From assembly GCA_002633005.1 (NCBI GenBank), contig NMRA01000093.1:634102-698101 (forward strand): 64,000 bases of DNA, read 5' to 3'. The translations under genes were made by a program, and so were the position numbers. The notes beneath the pieces were generated by a model. It made no database searches and was not told the DNA's origin. It saw only the letters and a program-made list of their open reading frames with translations. This DNA comes from Phoronis australis (Eukaryota > Animalia > Phoronida). Below, one piece after another: positions 12,906-26,753 of this stretch. The stretch's first letter is position 1, and each line of letters begins with the position of its first letter.

Positions 12906-15052
12906 ACCAATATGATATGGCTAACTAAAGGGGTAATTCTTCGCTGTTTAGTTGTTTCAAACAATTACTTTGGGATAAAAACATTGACCAAACTTATTTG
13001 ATATTGAATTCTTCCGAATGAACCAACAACTCAAACGACAGGCAATGTGTACAGGCACCATTTTCAAATTCACAATTTTAAGGATGCCTTACTCCATTAT
13101 ATCTCAGTAAAATACTTTTTTGAGGTGCTGACAGTTTCAATGTTGTTGCTGGTAAAGGAAATCAAGTCCCAAAGCTTAAGGATTATTATGTAAGCGATTT
13201 TATGATTTTAAGAGGCTCCTTCCTTTTTGGTGGCTAAATAGCGAGGAAATGCAGTTTAATTGCAACAAAAATAATGTACATTTAACCACTTAAGTCTTGA
13301 AAGTGAGTGATCATTTTATGATTGGAATTAAAGCAGTGTCAACATTTTTTGAACTATAGACTATTTGTGCGGTGCGGGGCCGACAATAGAATTGACAATT
13401 AATGTCATTTGTGGAATAGATTATCCAAAACTAGGCCAGTACCAGTGGATGTTCACTTAAAAAAAAACAAAAAAAAGTTGAAACATGTAACTCACACAGT
13501 AACTTTACCCCAAAGTCTCAGATTACAATCAGGGCTTAGTGATTTATTGAACAACTAGTAACTAAATGAAAAAGCAACAACAGTTATCGTTTTCACTGTC
13601 TGTCAGGTCTGAAAACATCATCAAGTTGATCTGCTTTCCCAGCATTTTTAACCAGCATAAGTTTTCCCAGAGATCAGACTATCTATTAACCACATGTGCA
13701 AATTGTTGAGAAGTATATGTACATCATTTGGCCTTCACAATTAAGTTTGCTTCCCAGGCTCTCTATTCATACTGTTAAATAGAACTGGATGCATAGAAAA
13801 ATTAAGCCAGAGTACCATTACAATAGGGAAATGCTACTATCACTAATCATACCAGCATCAGCTGACAAACTTAAGCCGAGAACCAATAGATAAAAGTTAG
13901 TCTGAAAGTTTCCCCGAGTCCAAACAACAACGTAATATTCATGCTGTTTTCGTCTTATAGTTGCCAATTTCGAGAGAAATCTACATCTTATTTAGGGTAC
14001 CCATACCAGGCATTTGTAAAAATCGTCTTGTTTACTCTACCTAGTTCACCATACTAGTGCACATGTGAAAAGCATCCCGTAGCAGACGTAGCAGACGTAG
14101 CAGACGATAGGCTCATGTATACTTGCCATAATACAGAACAAAAACAAAAGGCTTTCACCCCAAAACACTACTTTTCAAACATGGCACTGCATGGAGGCTG
14201 TTACTTCCATTGAGCCACAGGCTAACGGGGATTTCTGAAAAAAGTCTCGCAACATTAAGTAAACATGGGAGCTCTTTGGTAAAAAAGATCATTTTGCATG
14301 ACTGGCAAGGGACAAACGTGGGTCTTTAAAATGGCCTCAAAATAGTTTAAAATTATCAGAGTAGTTGCCAGACTGCTTTTATTGAAGCCAAATTGCAGAT
14401 GAAGTGAAATCTGGTATTTTAAGTATACGACCCGACCCGGTGTTTCTTCAACTCCTGGTGACAGTGTTAGGTAATCATTCCACCTTTTTGACCAAAAAGC
14501 CTGAAAACACACCACTATACCGGATTCTGTCGGCTCATGACCAACCAGTCTTGAATTATCAACGATTTTTACCACGAATCGAACAAAAATGTTTACAAAA
14601 GAGGCCCAAGGGGTTCTTTTGGAAGTACAAGATACTTTCCATTCGTCACTAATAAACAATTCTCACATCTACCTCCAAATTTGCAAAAATTTTCAGTCTG
14701 CCACATATCACCCCATTTTTTCAACAATGTAAATGCCCTGATCATTCACCACATTTTTCTAATAGACATCATAAAATCACTCAGCTGCCATTTCAGTGCT
14801 GATAACACAAGATACTTTTCTAACAGCACCCACGGCACCCTAGCCACATATACAACAATAAATAATAGTATAAGTCAGTAGGAATTCTCAGGTCCTTGGA
14901 GAGCACTTTAAGATTTACACTATTCTGAGGTCGTTGGAGAGTATTTAAGATTGGGAGTTAGGAATATGTATGTTCAGATCCAAACACAGCACTTTCAATA
15001 CTCATTTTACAAAACAGTTAAAAGCTTGCTGTGTGGACTGCTATTGGGTGGC

Positions 15053-15235
15053 GGTGGCACTTGTGCATGCTAGGTGGCACTTGTGCATGCTAGGTAGCAC
15101 TTGTGCATGCTAGGTGGCACTTGTGCATGCTAGGTGGCACTTGTCCATGCTAGGTGACACTTGTGCATGCTAGGTGGCACTTGTGCATGCTAGGTGGCAC
15201 TTGTGCATGCTAGGTGGCACTTATGCATGCTAGGC
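15053..15235. repeat. 20-bp tandem repeat x~9
   Basis: TAGGTGGCACTTGTGCATGC units. Confidence 0.95.
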
Positions 15236-15522
15236 GGTGCGTTAGTTACCTACTCATGCTTCACTGGACAAGCAACTACATAAAGCTTAACAGCATGCAC
15301 AGTGTTGCATGGTTTTCAAAAAAGTGCGAGACATTGTCAGAAATTGATGTGGGCAGGAACATTTCAGTTTACGCAGGTTTCAAAATGAACCTGTTGCAAA
15401 TCCGAACCAGCTATTTTTTTAAGTGAAAACTCACAATTGTCTTAAAAATTCGTTCTAAGAAAGTGAGTTTCCGACTCAAGATTTGTCGTCAGTTCGACTT
15501 AACAGCCAAATGCACACTCAGT

Positions 15523-18500
15523 AAAAATCAGAAAATATGCTCAGGGTTAAAGATTTTGCATGGGTGTATTTTGAAATTTGATAATTGGTTACCGTAAATT
15601 GTTGTTTTCGGAATATTTGCCCTTCTGTCTTGCCTGCAGAACACGCTAGTAAATTTTTGTAAACTGCGCAAGTCAGACATGTTTTACTAAATCATTTGGA
15701 AAACTATGATCACATTTACCGCCAAAGATTCAGAAATTTTTCTCTTTCAATTGAAGTTTTTAGGAAGGAGATGCTACAATAGTTTCAAATGTAATTTTCT
15801 TCATTACAGAAACTACGAATATGAAAAGTAAAATACAGGATGGTCACTTTTGCCTCCTTCAGTTTTTTAATGCTATCTACTCTATAATTTGACTGTACTT
15901 CGGGAGCAACAAATTCTGTACTCTATAATTTGAAGACAAGTCTCAATATGCTTGTGTGTGACAATGTATGTATCGTTGTATTTCATTTCATTGTAGATGT
16001 ACTTTGTGATAATGTATTTATCGTTGTATTTCATTTCATTGTAGATGTACTTTGTGATAATGTATTTATCGTTGTATTTCATTTCATTGTAGATGTACTT
16101 TTTTCTGTTGTTATCTATTTGTTCTCCTTAATTGTTAATATCTATTTAATCTATTGTTACTTGGTGGTCAGATATTAGTGGCCTGTGCCTTTGCTGGCCA
16201 CATAGTCATGAATGTATGATTTTATATGATTTAAAAAATAAAAGTTTCTCTCACTCTCTACTAGCAATTTACTATTTAAAAAATTAAAGTTCACAATGTT
16301 TGAGGTCAAATGGAATCCATTTGACTGTAGATGCCATAATGAACGAGAAGAAGCTTTATAAAGGTGAGACCCTGCTGCTTAGTTACAGCTCAAGAGAGAG
16401 CTGATTTATGATTAAAACAGAAACTTCTAGTCTATAGTGTAAGATATGTAATTTTAATAGAAAATAAAGTAAATAAAACCTTTGAAGACGAAAAATGACC
16501 AATTTCCTGGAATGGGCCTTGGTCAGTCGTAACAGGTGAGATGTTACTGTTGATGTTGTTGAAGTGTGAATAATTCGCATAAAAATACATTTGTACAGAA
16601 GAGTTACTGGCAGCAGGTAATGATGTATGTGACAACCTACAAAGGGCTTTGATTGCGACAGTGCCCTGGCCTTCTCATATCTATCGAGATATTAGAATCA
16701 CATGAGTTGAGAAAGTGCAACCAGTTTCACTGGCTGAAGGAAATGATGGCAAAAACACCCGCATTTTAGCCTGACAGATGTCTTCGAAGGGGTCGTTTAC
16801 ACCAACAGATAGTTTGTTCCTCCATTAGGCAAAATTGACATCCAAACATTTTAGTCTATGTCATAATTGATTGATGCAAAGAGAAACAAAAGCTTCTTGT
16901 CCTTGCGAATGTGTCCTTTGAATGTGTCCTTTGAAGTGCGTGGTCTGGCTACAAAGTGATAGTGAAAACACAGTGCAGCTTTGGAATTACAAAAACTGCC
17001 AGCAAAAGTGATGCTTGTAACAGTTCACATTAATGACATTGTTGTTGCTATTAGAGACAGTGCTACTGAAAATGGCAGTGCTAGTTTGCCCATTCAGAAC
17101 AACACTNAAAAATCAGAAAATATGCTCAGGGTTAAAGATTTTGGGTGTATTTTCATATTTGATAATTGGTTCCGTAAATTGTTGTTTTCGGAATATTTGC
17201 CCCTCTGTCTTGCCTGCAGAACACGCTAGTAAATTTTTGTAAACTGCGCAAAGTCAGAAATGTTTTACTAAATCATTTGGAAAACTATGATCACATTTAC
17301 CGCCAAAGATTCAGAAATTTTTCTCTTTCAATTAAAGTTTTTAGGAAGGAGATGCTACAATAGTTTCAAATGGAAATTTTCTTCATTTCAGAAACTACGA
17401 ATATGAAAAGTAAAATACAGGATGGTCACTTTTGCCTCCTTCAGTTTTTTAATGCTATCTACTCTATAATTTGAAGACAAGTTTCAAAATGCTTGTATGT
17501 GATAATGTATTTATCATTGTATTTTATTTCATTGTAGATGTACTTTTTTCTATTGTTATCTATATTGTTCTCCTTAATTGTTAATATCTATTTAATCTAT
17601 TGTTACTTGGTGGTAAGATATTAGTGGCCTGTGCCTTTCCTGGCCACATAGTCATGAATGTATGTTTTTATATGATTTAAAAAATAAAAGTTTTTCTCTC
17701 TCTCTACTGGCAATTTACTATTTAAAAAATTAAAGTTGACAATGTTTGAGGTCAAATGGAATCCATTTGACTGTAGATGCCATAATGAACGTTAAGTTGT
17801 CGGGGGTTTTGAGAACCTTTATAAAGGTGAAACCCTCCTGATTAGATACAGCTCAAGAGAGAGTTGATTTATGATTAAAACAGAAACTTCTAGTCTATAG
17901 TGTAAGATATGTAATTTTAATAGAAAATAATAAAGTAAATAAAATCTTTGAAGAAGAAAAATGACCAATTTCCTGGAATGGGCCTTGGTCAGTCGTAACA
18001 GGTGAGATGTTACTGTTGATGTTGTTGAAGTGTGAATAATTCGCATAAAAATACATTTGTACAGAAGAGTTACTGGCAGCAGGTAATGATGTATGTGACA
18101 ACCTACAAAGGGCTTTGATTGCGACAGTGCCCTGGCCTTCTCATATCTATCGAGATATTAGAATCACATGAGTTGAGAAAGTGCAACCAGTTTCACTGGC
18201 TGAAGGAAATGATGGCAAAAACACCCGCATTTTAGCCTGACAGATGTCTTCGAAGGGGTCGTTTACACCAACAGATAGTTTGTTCCTCCATTAGGCAAAA
18301 TTGACATCCAAACATTTTAGTCTATGTCATAATTGATTGATGCAAAGAGAAACAAAAGCTTCTTGTCCTTGCGAATGTGTCCTTTGAATGTGTCCTTTGA
18401 AGTGCGTGGTCTGGCTACAAAGTGATAGTGAAAACACAGTGCAGCTTTGGAATTACAAAAACTGCCAGCAAAAGTGATGCTTGTAACAGTTCACATTAAT

Positions 18501-18572
18501 GACATTGTTGTTGCTATTAGCGACAGTGCTACTGAAAATGGCAGTGTTAGTTTGCCCATTCAGAACAACACT
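15523..18572. other. ~1.5 kb direct duplication across a single N (17107), probably uncollapsed alleles
   Basis: 15523-17106 and 17108-18572 are near-identical with SNPs and indels; the junction is exactly the N. Confidence 0.85.
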
Positions 18573-19084
18573 CCAGAACAAATGATCTTCCCAAAGGACA
18601 GGCCACCATGCAAAAGCAATGTTGAAAATCAATGCACTGCGAGTTGCTATCAGCTGAGGTCAAGACGCAGTAATAAAAAGGTGTAGATTTATCAAGCAAA
18701 GGTGAACTTGAAGAATGGGTTTAATCTAATCAACAGGTAACGCACGCCCAAATTGTCCCATCGCACACCTCCCACGACATTTGTCATATCAGTGTCATTA
18801 TCTTTGACGTCTACAAATGGACAGCTCTCTGACTTGCGATATGATGATTCTTTCTTGGCAAAGTATGTTCCTGTCATAAGTTTTTTGTTGGTTCGTTTTT
18901 GTTTGTTTTTTTTCGTACAATACGGCATGTATTTCTATTATATCTGACATGAAATTTATCAACAATTTTTGTAAGTTTAGGCATCAGAATTATCTTCCAC
19001 TTCCTATGATGTTCATGGTTTTATTAGACACGAGCAGTCTGAATTGTTCCCGGAAAGCAATTTTGATGAAACAGCACTTTGTAT

Positions 19085-19475
19085 TAAAGTTAAACTTGCA
19101 TGCCAATTCCTTGTCTCTGTGATTGCTTCGTCAAATTAGTTAGAAACACAATATATAGCAATGATGTGAATAGGTTGAAAATTGTCAAATGTTTTAAAGA
19201 ACAAGTTTCATGTTGAAAGTGATCTGCCGAAAATCACTGAACCGTATCCAGTAAGTATCGTGATGTGATGGGAAATAATGCTGCATGGTGCGGAGTATTT
19301 GAGCCCCCAAGGTACGTCATTAGTGCAAAGGTCACTTATTTACAAAATTTTTTGTTTTCATATTTACAAATTCCCAATAAATACAACTGCACTTTGTTTA
19401 GCCGGAGATGGTGCTCAAATAGAATTGCCGTTTAGTTCCTGTTATACATTACCATAGCTAAGAGCATGCAAATAA
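19085..19475. repeat. Dispersed ~390-bp repeat, second copy at ~39865-40255
   Basis: Shared blocks TCAAATTAGTTAGAAACA, ATGATGTGAATA, GAGCCCCCAAGGTA, TTAGTGCAAAGGTCAC, GTTTAGTTCCTG in the same orientation. Confidence 0.8.
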
Positions 19476-22103
19476 CAGCTAGTATTTATCAATTGCCAGA
19501 ACAGTTGTAAATTTCATCTCATTTTCTCTATGAACACAGCTGACACATGCTTCTCTTCCTTCATGTTTTGCCCCTTTTTAAAATGTCATGCAATGTGTTA
19601 CCTGATTCTCTATGAATAGTCCATATTTCAGTTATGTGACGCTATTTAACAGAAAATAAACCTTTTTTGCGACACTTCATAAATTAGAAAAAAACATCAT
19701 CACTTAAAGCCATTCCATACTGTGATGGGTCTTTTGAATTCCAATGCAAATAATTGCTGAGGAACAATTTTCAATGCATGCCAGTACTTTTGACATTTTA
19801 CTATATACGTCAATAACCAAGAACTCCACCTTTTAACAACATCTATTCAAGTACAAACTACACTTGGGACCCATTACAAAAAAGGTCCATTTTGCAGTGA
19901 CAGTCTGGCCAAGCTATAGACACATTTACCACTGAATAACCCATGAGGTTTCCCTCATTCAAATTTCACTCCATTCTTTGAAGGTATGATCACTCTGATA
20001 AGCCATTGTGTACACAACAAGTCATGTTGTCCCATTGTGGTGCCCAGACAAGTTAACACTATCACCATGGGTAGAGGTTGGGACTTATTAATAAACAAAC
20101 AGTAGTTAGATAAATGCCCTGGATGGTCTTGGCAAGATGAATGAAAAGTGACAGCAGGGGGAAGGGTTAGCAAATTAGAATTGTTTTGGGAAACCTTTTT
20201 TCGTCATTCGAAATTGTCTTATTGTTTCCCAGGCATTGTGACGGTCTGTATTCTGAATATGAGATGGCATCGCCTGCATTATTTGGAAGAGCTTCCGCAG
20301 GTATAATGGCAGATTGCAACATGGGTTGAAATCGCTTCCCTTAAAGGACACATACATGGTCAGCTTTTCTTCATCGCCGCATCAATCAATTTATGCTACA
20401 GATTGAATGCTTTGACAACACTTTTTGCTCAAAAGCAACTAAGATAAGATGGTGTGGAAACAAACAAACTAGTAACAAAAAACGACCCCTTTGGAAACAA
20501 CTCGTCTCTCTGGCTAAACTACAAGCATTTACGTGTTGTTTTAGCCAGTTAAAATGGAAGCATTTTCGCCACTCCTTGGAAACAAATATCAGACATGAGA
20601 AATGAACTGCAACAATTAAATCTGATTACTGCAGAGAGGAAGGGATTTTAATTAAAACACTATAAACATTCATTGTCTTTAATTTGCAAGGACTGAAATG
20701 TGAGAAGGATAACATTTTATGGCTAAACAAAATATAAGAGGGCAAAAGAGGTCGTGGGAGAATTCAATCAGGGCGCAAACTCAAAAGCTGAAATAAAGAA
20801 CGGGCAGCGCCTTGCTAAAACCATTACATGGATTTGTCATTTACATAACGCTGGGACCTATGCTAGGACCTAGTTAAAATCAAGCCAAAATCACAAGTAC
20901 TCATTTAAAATACACAACATAATCTCACTTTATCTTGCAAAATCTTGCTTTTTAGCAAGAACCTAGCATCACTGAACTCTACCCAGTACTATAAGAAACG
21001 CAAAAAACATGGACCAGAGCTGTCTGGACTCCTTGGATAATGAATGAGTCGATCCAAGTGGGTATTCCAATGTAAATGACAAATTCATGTCACAACAGCC
21101 CATGGAGAATCCTGCAATCCCACCAGTGAGGTTAGCCACAATTCTTGACAACAAGTCAATGAAAGTCACACCAAATTTTAGTTTCAGCACAACATTCTAT
21201 TCCATAATCCAAATTGCCACAAACAGTTTCGCTCCCTGCCCACAGGACTGATTTTTAAAGCAGGCTCAATTTTTATAACTCCCTGAATCTTTGCAACAGG
21301 TTTATTAATTACTCAGTCCAACAATGCCATATTTACATACGATATTTGCGAAGTGTTATATAGACATAAATCACAATAGGATTAGTTTTATTAGTCGGTG
21401 ACAGGAGTGATTTTTTTAAAAAAAGCTAAATTTATGAATGCTAACAGAATCTGAATTAAGTACTAAATTCACGTAGTGACACTAAATCTTCAAGACAGCA
21501 TATGCTTGTTTGAATGCAATGAACATTTTCACAAGCTCGAATTTATAAAAGAAAACATTTAAATAACTAAATAGAACTGACTTGGTTTAAACATTTTTTC
21601 ACTTTCCATTTTTGATAGGTCTATTTATGGTAATTCTGACAATGCTAAAAGGACACCAAACCATACAGTATTGAACAATGCTCCACCTACCGTACACTAT
21701 CTGCACATTTGGTGTAGCTTGGACGGCATGTATTCAGTTAAATTAGAGATCAACAGGTACGTTGGGATCAGACGCAGCAGAAGACTATCATTACTAGTTC
21801 AAATTCAGTTGATGTCGTCTGCGCCACGCCATTTTTCATAGCATTATCAAATTAACGAACCAACAAATGGGTTAATGGAGCGAATTAAAAGTACTCTTTC
21901 TCATCGCCATAAGGACAAAATTACCACTCCTGGACTTATTTATTTCTAATTTTCATAATGCACACGCACTCAAATTCACCGTATGTTCATCCATGATCTA
22001 GAGTCTGGAGAACAAGGTCATTAAGAAACATTACCATAAAAGGTATAGATAAAAAACCCTGCATTTCCCGACTACTGTACATACTGCGGTAAAATCTCAT
22101 TGC

Positions 22104-22270
22104 ATTTGAATGGCAACACTGTTGTCACTGTATTTGAATGGAAACACTGTTGTCACTGTATTTGAATGACAACACTGTTGTCACTGTATTTGAATGGCAA
22201 CACTGTTGTCACTGTATTTGAATGGCAACACTGTTGTCACTGTATTTGAATGGCAACACTGTTGTCACTG
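22104..22270. repeat. 28-bp tandem repeat x6
   Basis: ATTTGAATGGCAACACTGTTGTCACTGT units with an internal imperfect palindrome. Confidence 0.95.
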
Positions 22271-23594
22271 ACACCCTCTCCATGCTCAGACACTTCATGC
22301 TTTAGAATGAAAAGTAAGTATAAATAAATTAACATAAAAATTCTTCAATTTGGGACAAACATTGCTAAAACAGCCATTTTTCTAGTATTCATAGGTTGAC
22401 TACATTCTTACATAATGCTGTTTGGTGAGAATTATCTGGAAAGAATCTTTCATGAAGAAAATTGACAGAACAAATTTCCCTTGTCTCCCACACTGAATTT
22501 TTTATCCTATTTCACATTGATTGTTCCCAGTAATCTACTCATGTCAGATACACTAAGCATCAGAGTGCATTATTAGGGATAATATTACAGATAAGATCAT
22601 AGATAATATCACTAGTAATGCTAAGCTTCCATTGTTAATACAATTGTAACTGTCTGGTGAACACTGCTCATGTTAACGAGATTTGAAGTGGAAATTTTGA
22701 AAACAATCCTCAAACAACATCTAATGAAATATTGGGCTATTGCAGAGATGAAGAACATCTTCCTATAGATGAAAAAAGTAATTTTTGATATGTTTGTTGA
22801 AAGTGGAAGCATTTATATCACGTATGACAGTCTCTCACCAATTTTGGACACAATGAGGTCTCATTTTCACATGAAAGACAAGCAGCACCAAATGTTTTAT
22901 TAAATGTATGTTAATATTATCATAATCATAGTTGAACTGAAATTGTATGTATTCACAATGAAAATGGTCACTTTCATCAGTGCATGACATGTATGTTAAG
23001 AGGTGGCGTAGTTGAGGCTCGCTGCTAGAGCACGGAAACGCCCATGTACAAAAAATAAACATTTTCTCAATTACTTTGTAAATCAAGTACGCGTGGAGAT
23101 TTTGTTAAACAATCATTTTTTAATTATATTTCCAGACAGACCAATGTCAGTACTGAAGCATATTAAACTTATGTGCCCAATTTATGTAAATAATACAGAA
23201 CAACATTTACATTTTAATCACCAATTTTTTATACATGTGTAGTGTTCTCACCAGGCTTTTTAAATATCGTGGACAGCCAAGCTCAATTTTCAGGCCATAA
23301 CACTTATGTTTTCTTAGTCGTCATGATTAAACAGCGAAGGCCCACTTGATGTTGACGACCCAATTACCGTATCTCGGATTTGACCGGAAAGTTGCATCTA
23401 TAAAAAACTTTGTTTTCATCCAAAACGTACCATCTGGTGTGTCACCAATTACTTACTAGAGATTCATTCGCGTCCAAAAACTGACGCGCCTCTGTGACTA
23501 GCAACAGGACGTGCTTCATTTTAGGGCTCTACACAGAACAACTGATGCAGAACAAGCAGACACCGCAATGTTGATTTTGTCACCAACTTCTGCC

Positions 23595-24106
23595 TCAACT
23601 ATCATCCTGTCCCCCTTTACAACATTTCAGGGAGTTGTGGTCAATATGAATGGTTAACTTCAGTCCTGGATTGAGGTTAACAGTGCCAGTTAACTTCACA
23701 GTAAACAGGTGGATTTAACAGCGGAGCATCGATGCTGTGTTGGGGGTATGAATAGTCAACTTGGGTTCCCTCGAGGTTATCACCAGGGCCCGCTGTTATC
23801 GTCAACACTTAAAAGGCAGCGTCGACATTAAAAGTTGCTTATATTTTGCTCGAATAATCACTAACTGAATTAGAAATAACTTTTACGTCAATTAGCACAC
23901 ATAAATGTTCTCAGATTATCACATTAAAAAACTCTTAGCGTGCACGCGATGCCTCAGCACTACCTTGTGATTGCTTCGATGATGGCAGCATCACCTATTG
24001 TTAAATTCAATGTCTGTTAACAACCAAAGCCGGTATGAGATTCAGTTAACTTTGCAATTCGTGTCAACACTCCATTCAGAGTCAACTCAGCATGAAAAGG
24101 CCTTAT
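23595..24106. mobile_element. Dispersed MITE family, possibly PIF/Harbinger-type; other pieces at 1-96, 26177-~26400, ~37960-38220
   Basis: Shared TATGAATGGTTAACTTCAGTC...GTGGATTTAACAGC core; right end ATGAAA(A/G)GGCC|TTA at ~24095-24106 and ~80-94 is inverted relative to the left end GGTCCTTTCATACT at 26177. Boundaries approximate. Confidence 0.5.
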
Positions 24107-24119
24107 CACCTCTAAATAC

Positions 24120-25200
24120 ACAAGGGCAACGCAGAGCGTTGAAATGCGCCACGAATGCATCGCAAATGGTGTGCTTTTAGGGTTAGTTATTTGTATCATA
24201 AAAATGGCCACTAGATGGAGCAAAAACGTACAATCCATCCAAATACAGGTATGGATGCAAAACAAAACAGAGCTACCACTAGGAGGCGCCACAGTAGTCA
24301 GTCGCCATCATCAAACGTCCTCTTCACACTGAGAACATTTCAATTTTCAAAACCATCCCTAGAAGGATTTGGTTGATCAGGGTTTGAAAACAGCAAAAAT
24401 GGCCACTAGGTGGGGCAAAATACCTAGATTCCATCCAAAAATAGGAGCAAAGTGTCATCTCTTCAATAGATGCCTATATTCAAAATTTTATGAAAATCTG
24501 TTTTGGACCTTTGAAGATACAGAGGTAAACATAAAAAACTAAAATTGCCGCTGGGGAGCACACGAATGGTCAGATCCATCCGAAAGTCGTCATTGTTTGT
24601 TGTCAACATCATATAAATACACTTGCTAAATGAAGTAAAGATCCTGATAACGGTTTAGGAAATACAGCCATAGGCGCAAAAAAAATTGCCACTAGGAGGC
24701 GCCACAGTAGTTGAAGTCGTTGGAAAACCATCGTCAGCCATCCACTTCATAGTAAGAACTTACATGACAATTTTCACAATCATCCTTTGAGCGATTTGGT
24801 TGATGGAGGGATGGACACCAAAAAACTGACTCGAAAACAGTAAAAATGGCCACTAGGTGGCACAAAATACCTCGAATCCATCCGAAAACAAAAGGATAGC
24901 GTCACCTCATTAATAGATGCCTATGTGCCAAATTTCATGAAAATCGGTTGAGGACCTTTCAAGATACAGAGGCAAACGTAAAAAACCTAAAATTGCCACT
25001 GGGGGCACAGCGGTATTCAGGTCGGTCCGAAACTCGTCACCCTCTGTCGTCAACCCCATAGGAACACACCTGCCAAATTTCAATAAGATCCTGCAAGGGG
25101 TTTAGGAGATACAGCCGCGGACGCCATACATCGGGATGCCCAGACAGAGATAACGGAAATATGCACCCACATATTTATATAAATATGTGGGTGCATGAAA
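24120..25200. mobile_element. Helentron/DINE-1-like non-autonomous element with internal tandem subunits
   Basis: Begins ACAAG; degenerate ~140-150 bp internal subunits each with CCACTAGGNGGC; ends in CAGACAGAGA followed by a perfect 36-bp palindrome (25161-25196) and an A-run. Homologous to 32090-33265 and 12129-12820. Confidence 0.65.
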
Positions 25201-25869
25201 ACTGTAGGAGACCAAAGAGATCATCTTGTGTAATAGCTCACATACAACATGCAAGAGAGAAAAGTGAGATGTATAAGTCTCACGTCCATAAGCAACGGAA
25301 GGTTTCGCTTTAACCACTTACTGCTAGAGTACAGTAAACAGCAAGTTACATTTTGCACAGTATGTGATAACTGTCAAGTTCAACAGTGTTGCCCAAAGGA
25401 AAATGCAAAACATAACATTTAAGTTTGTTGTCCCTGAATTTGTTGTCTGCGTCAAACAGAATTGATTAAATATTGAACTGTTCTTGCGTTTGTAATATTT
25501 CTAGGATTGAAGGGTTTCCATACATACGAAATACTGTGTTGAAGCACAGCCTATGGTTGTTTTGTTCAATATATCCATTATAGAACACCATGAAGGAAAC
25601 GCCCTCACATCGTTGAATTTGAACATTTCTTAGATAGTGCGCACATTTGTCAAAGGCCAGAATGAGACTTGTATGAAAGGAGGGTTGATGGCAACTAATA
25701 ATGAGATAATAACATGTCCGCAACTGCGTACAGCTTTTGGAAGAAAAGCTAGTTTTGTAAATTAAGCAAAATGACGATAATCATAAATGATCTTTTGGCT
25801 TTTGAAAAAGGAAACTTGAGCAATTCATTTTACCTGCGACTAACAATTAATTTTGGAAACTCACTGTAA

Positions 25870-25940
25870 GTACATATGAATATGGAATGTACATATGAAT
25901 ATGGAATGTACATATGAATATGAAATGTACATATGAATAT
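25870..25940. repeat. 19-bp tandem repeat x~4
   Basis: GTACATATGAATATGGAAT units. Confidence 0.9.
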
Positions 25941-26697
25941 AAATTCATTGGTATAAGTCATAGTAAATTAACATGTACAACATAATTGTGAGGCAGGCCT
26001 GATATGATGTAGCACTGATCCCCCATCCACCACCATGAAACACAAATGAGTAGTGAGAGTTGCGGTTATATTGTTCCAGGTAGTTTTAATTTACGGGTAA
26101 TTACCGTTTCTCATCCTCAATGCTAATGGGGGCAACTGAATATTGAGTGAGCTTACCCAGTAATCAAGAGAGAGTAGGTCCTTTCATACTCATGTCGACA
26201 TGTCAACGTTTTGAGGAGTTGTAGACAGTATGAATGGTTAACTTCAGTCATGGATCGAAATTGAACAGCGTCAGCTAACTTCGCAGTAAAAAGGTGGATT
26301 TAACAGCAGAGCGTGAGGAAAGGCGGGAACTCGCAAGTTGCATTACGTTAACTTGTGAATGTCTGAACGCGGCCGTGCCTACAAGAAGTCCTTTACTGAC
26401 AATCTTAACAAAATAATATTCAATCATTAAATGCTCCACCTTAACAGTAGTAACACACCTTGTGCACTAACTACTCATTCTGAATGGTGTGCAAAGGTAC
26501 AAGGTGCAGTCGAATGGGGAAGAGTTTCTAATGTTGTTCAACATATCAATTGATGACAAAACAGGTTGAACCGAGTGTGTGAACCATGTTGCGTAAGCCA
26601 AAAAGGTCTATTTGAAATAACACCACTCTTAGGCAAAAACACAAATATTATTCCAGAACTTTAGTTGAGCTGCCTGCCATGTGAACGTAGTACTTAC

Positions 26698-26753
26698 TTC
26701 TCCCCATTCAGGATTCTCATCATCCTTTCTGACCTCAGTCTTTTTCTTGATTC
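26698..26753 (-). CDS. MYOF: Ferlin coding exon 2 (C2A)
   Basis: 56-bp exon, ttattttag|GAATC...GGAGAA|gtaagt, encodes (G)IKKKTEVRKDDENPEWGE = C2 motif KKKT...NPxWxE. Phase 1 to 0, joins exon 1 in frame. Confidence 0.9.

Noticed and set aside
16383-18686. Duplicated small ORFs suggesting a tandem gene pair
   Set aside because: They lie in the N-joined duplicated intron segment and have no protein features.
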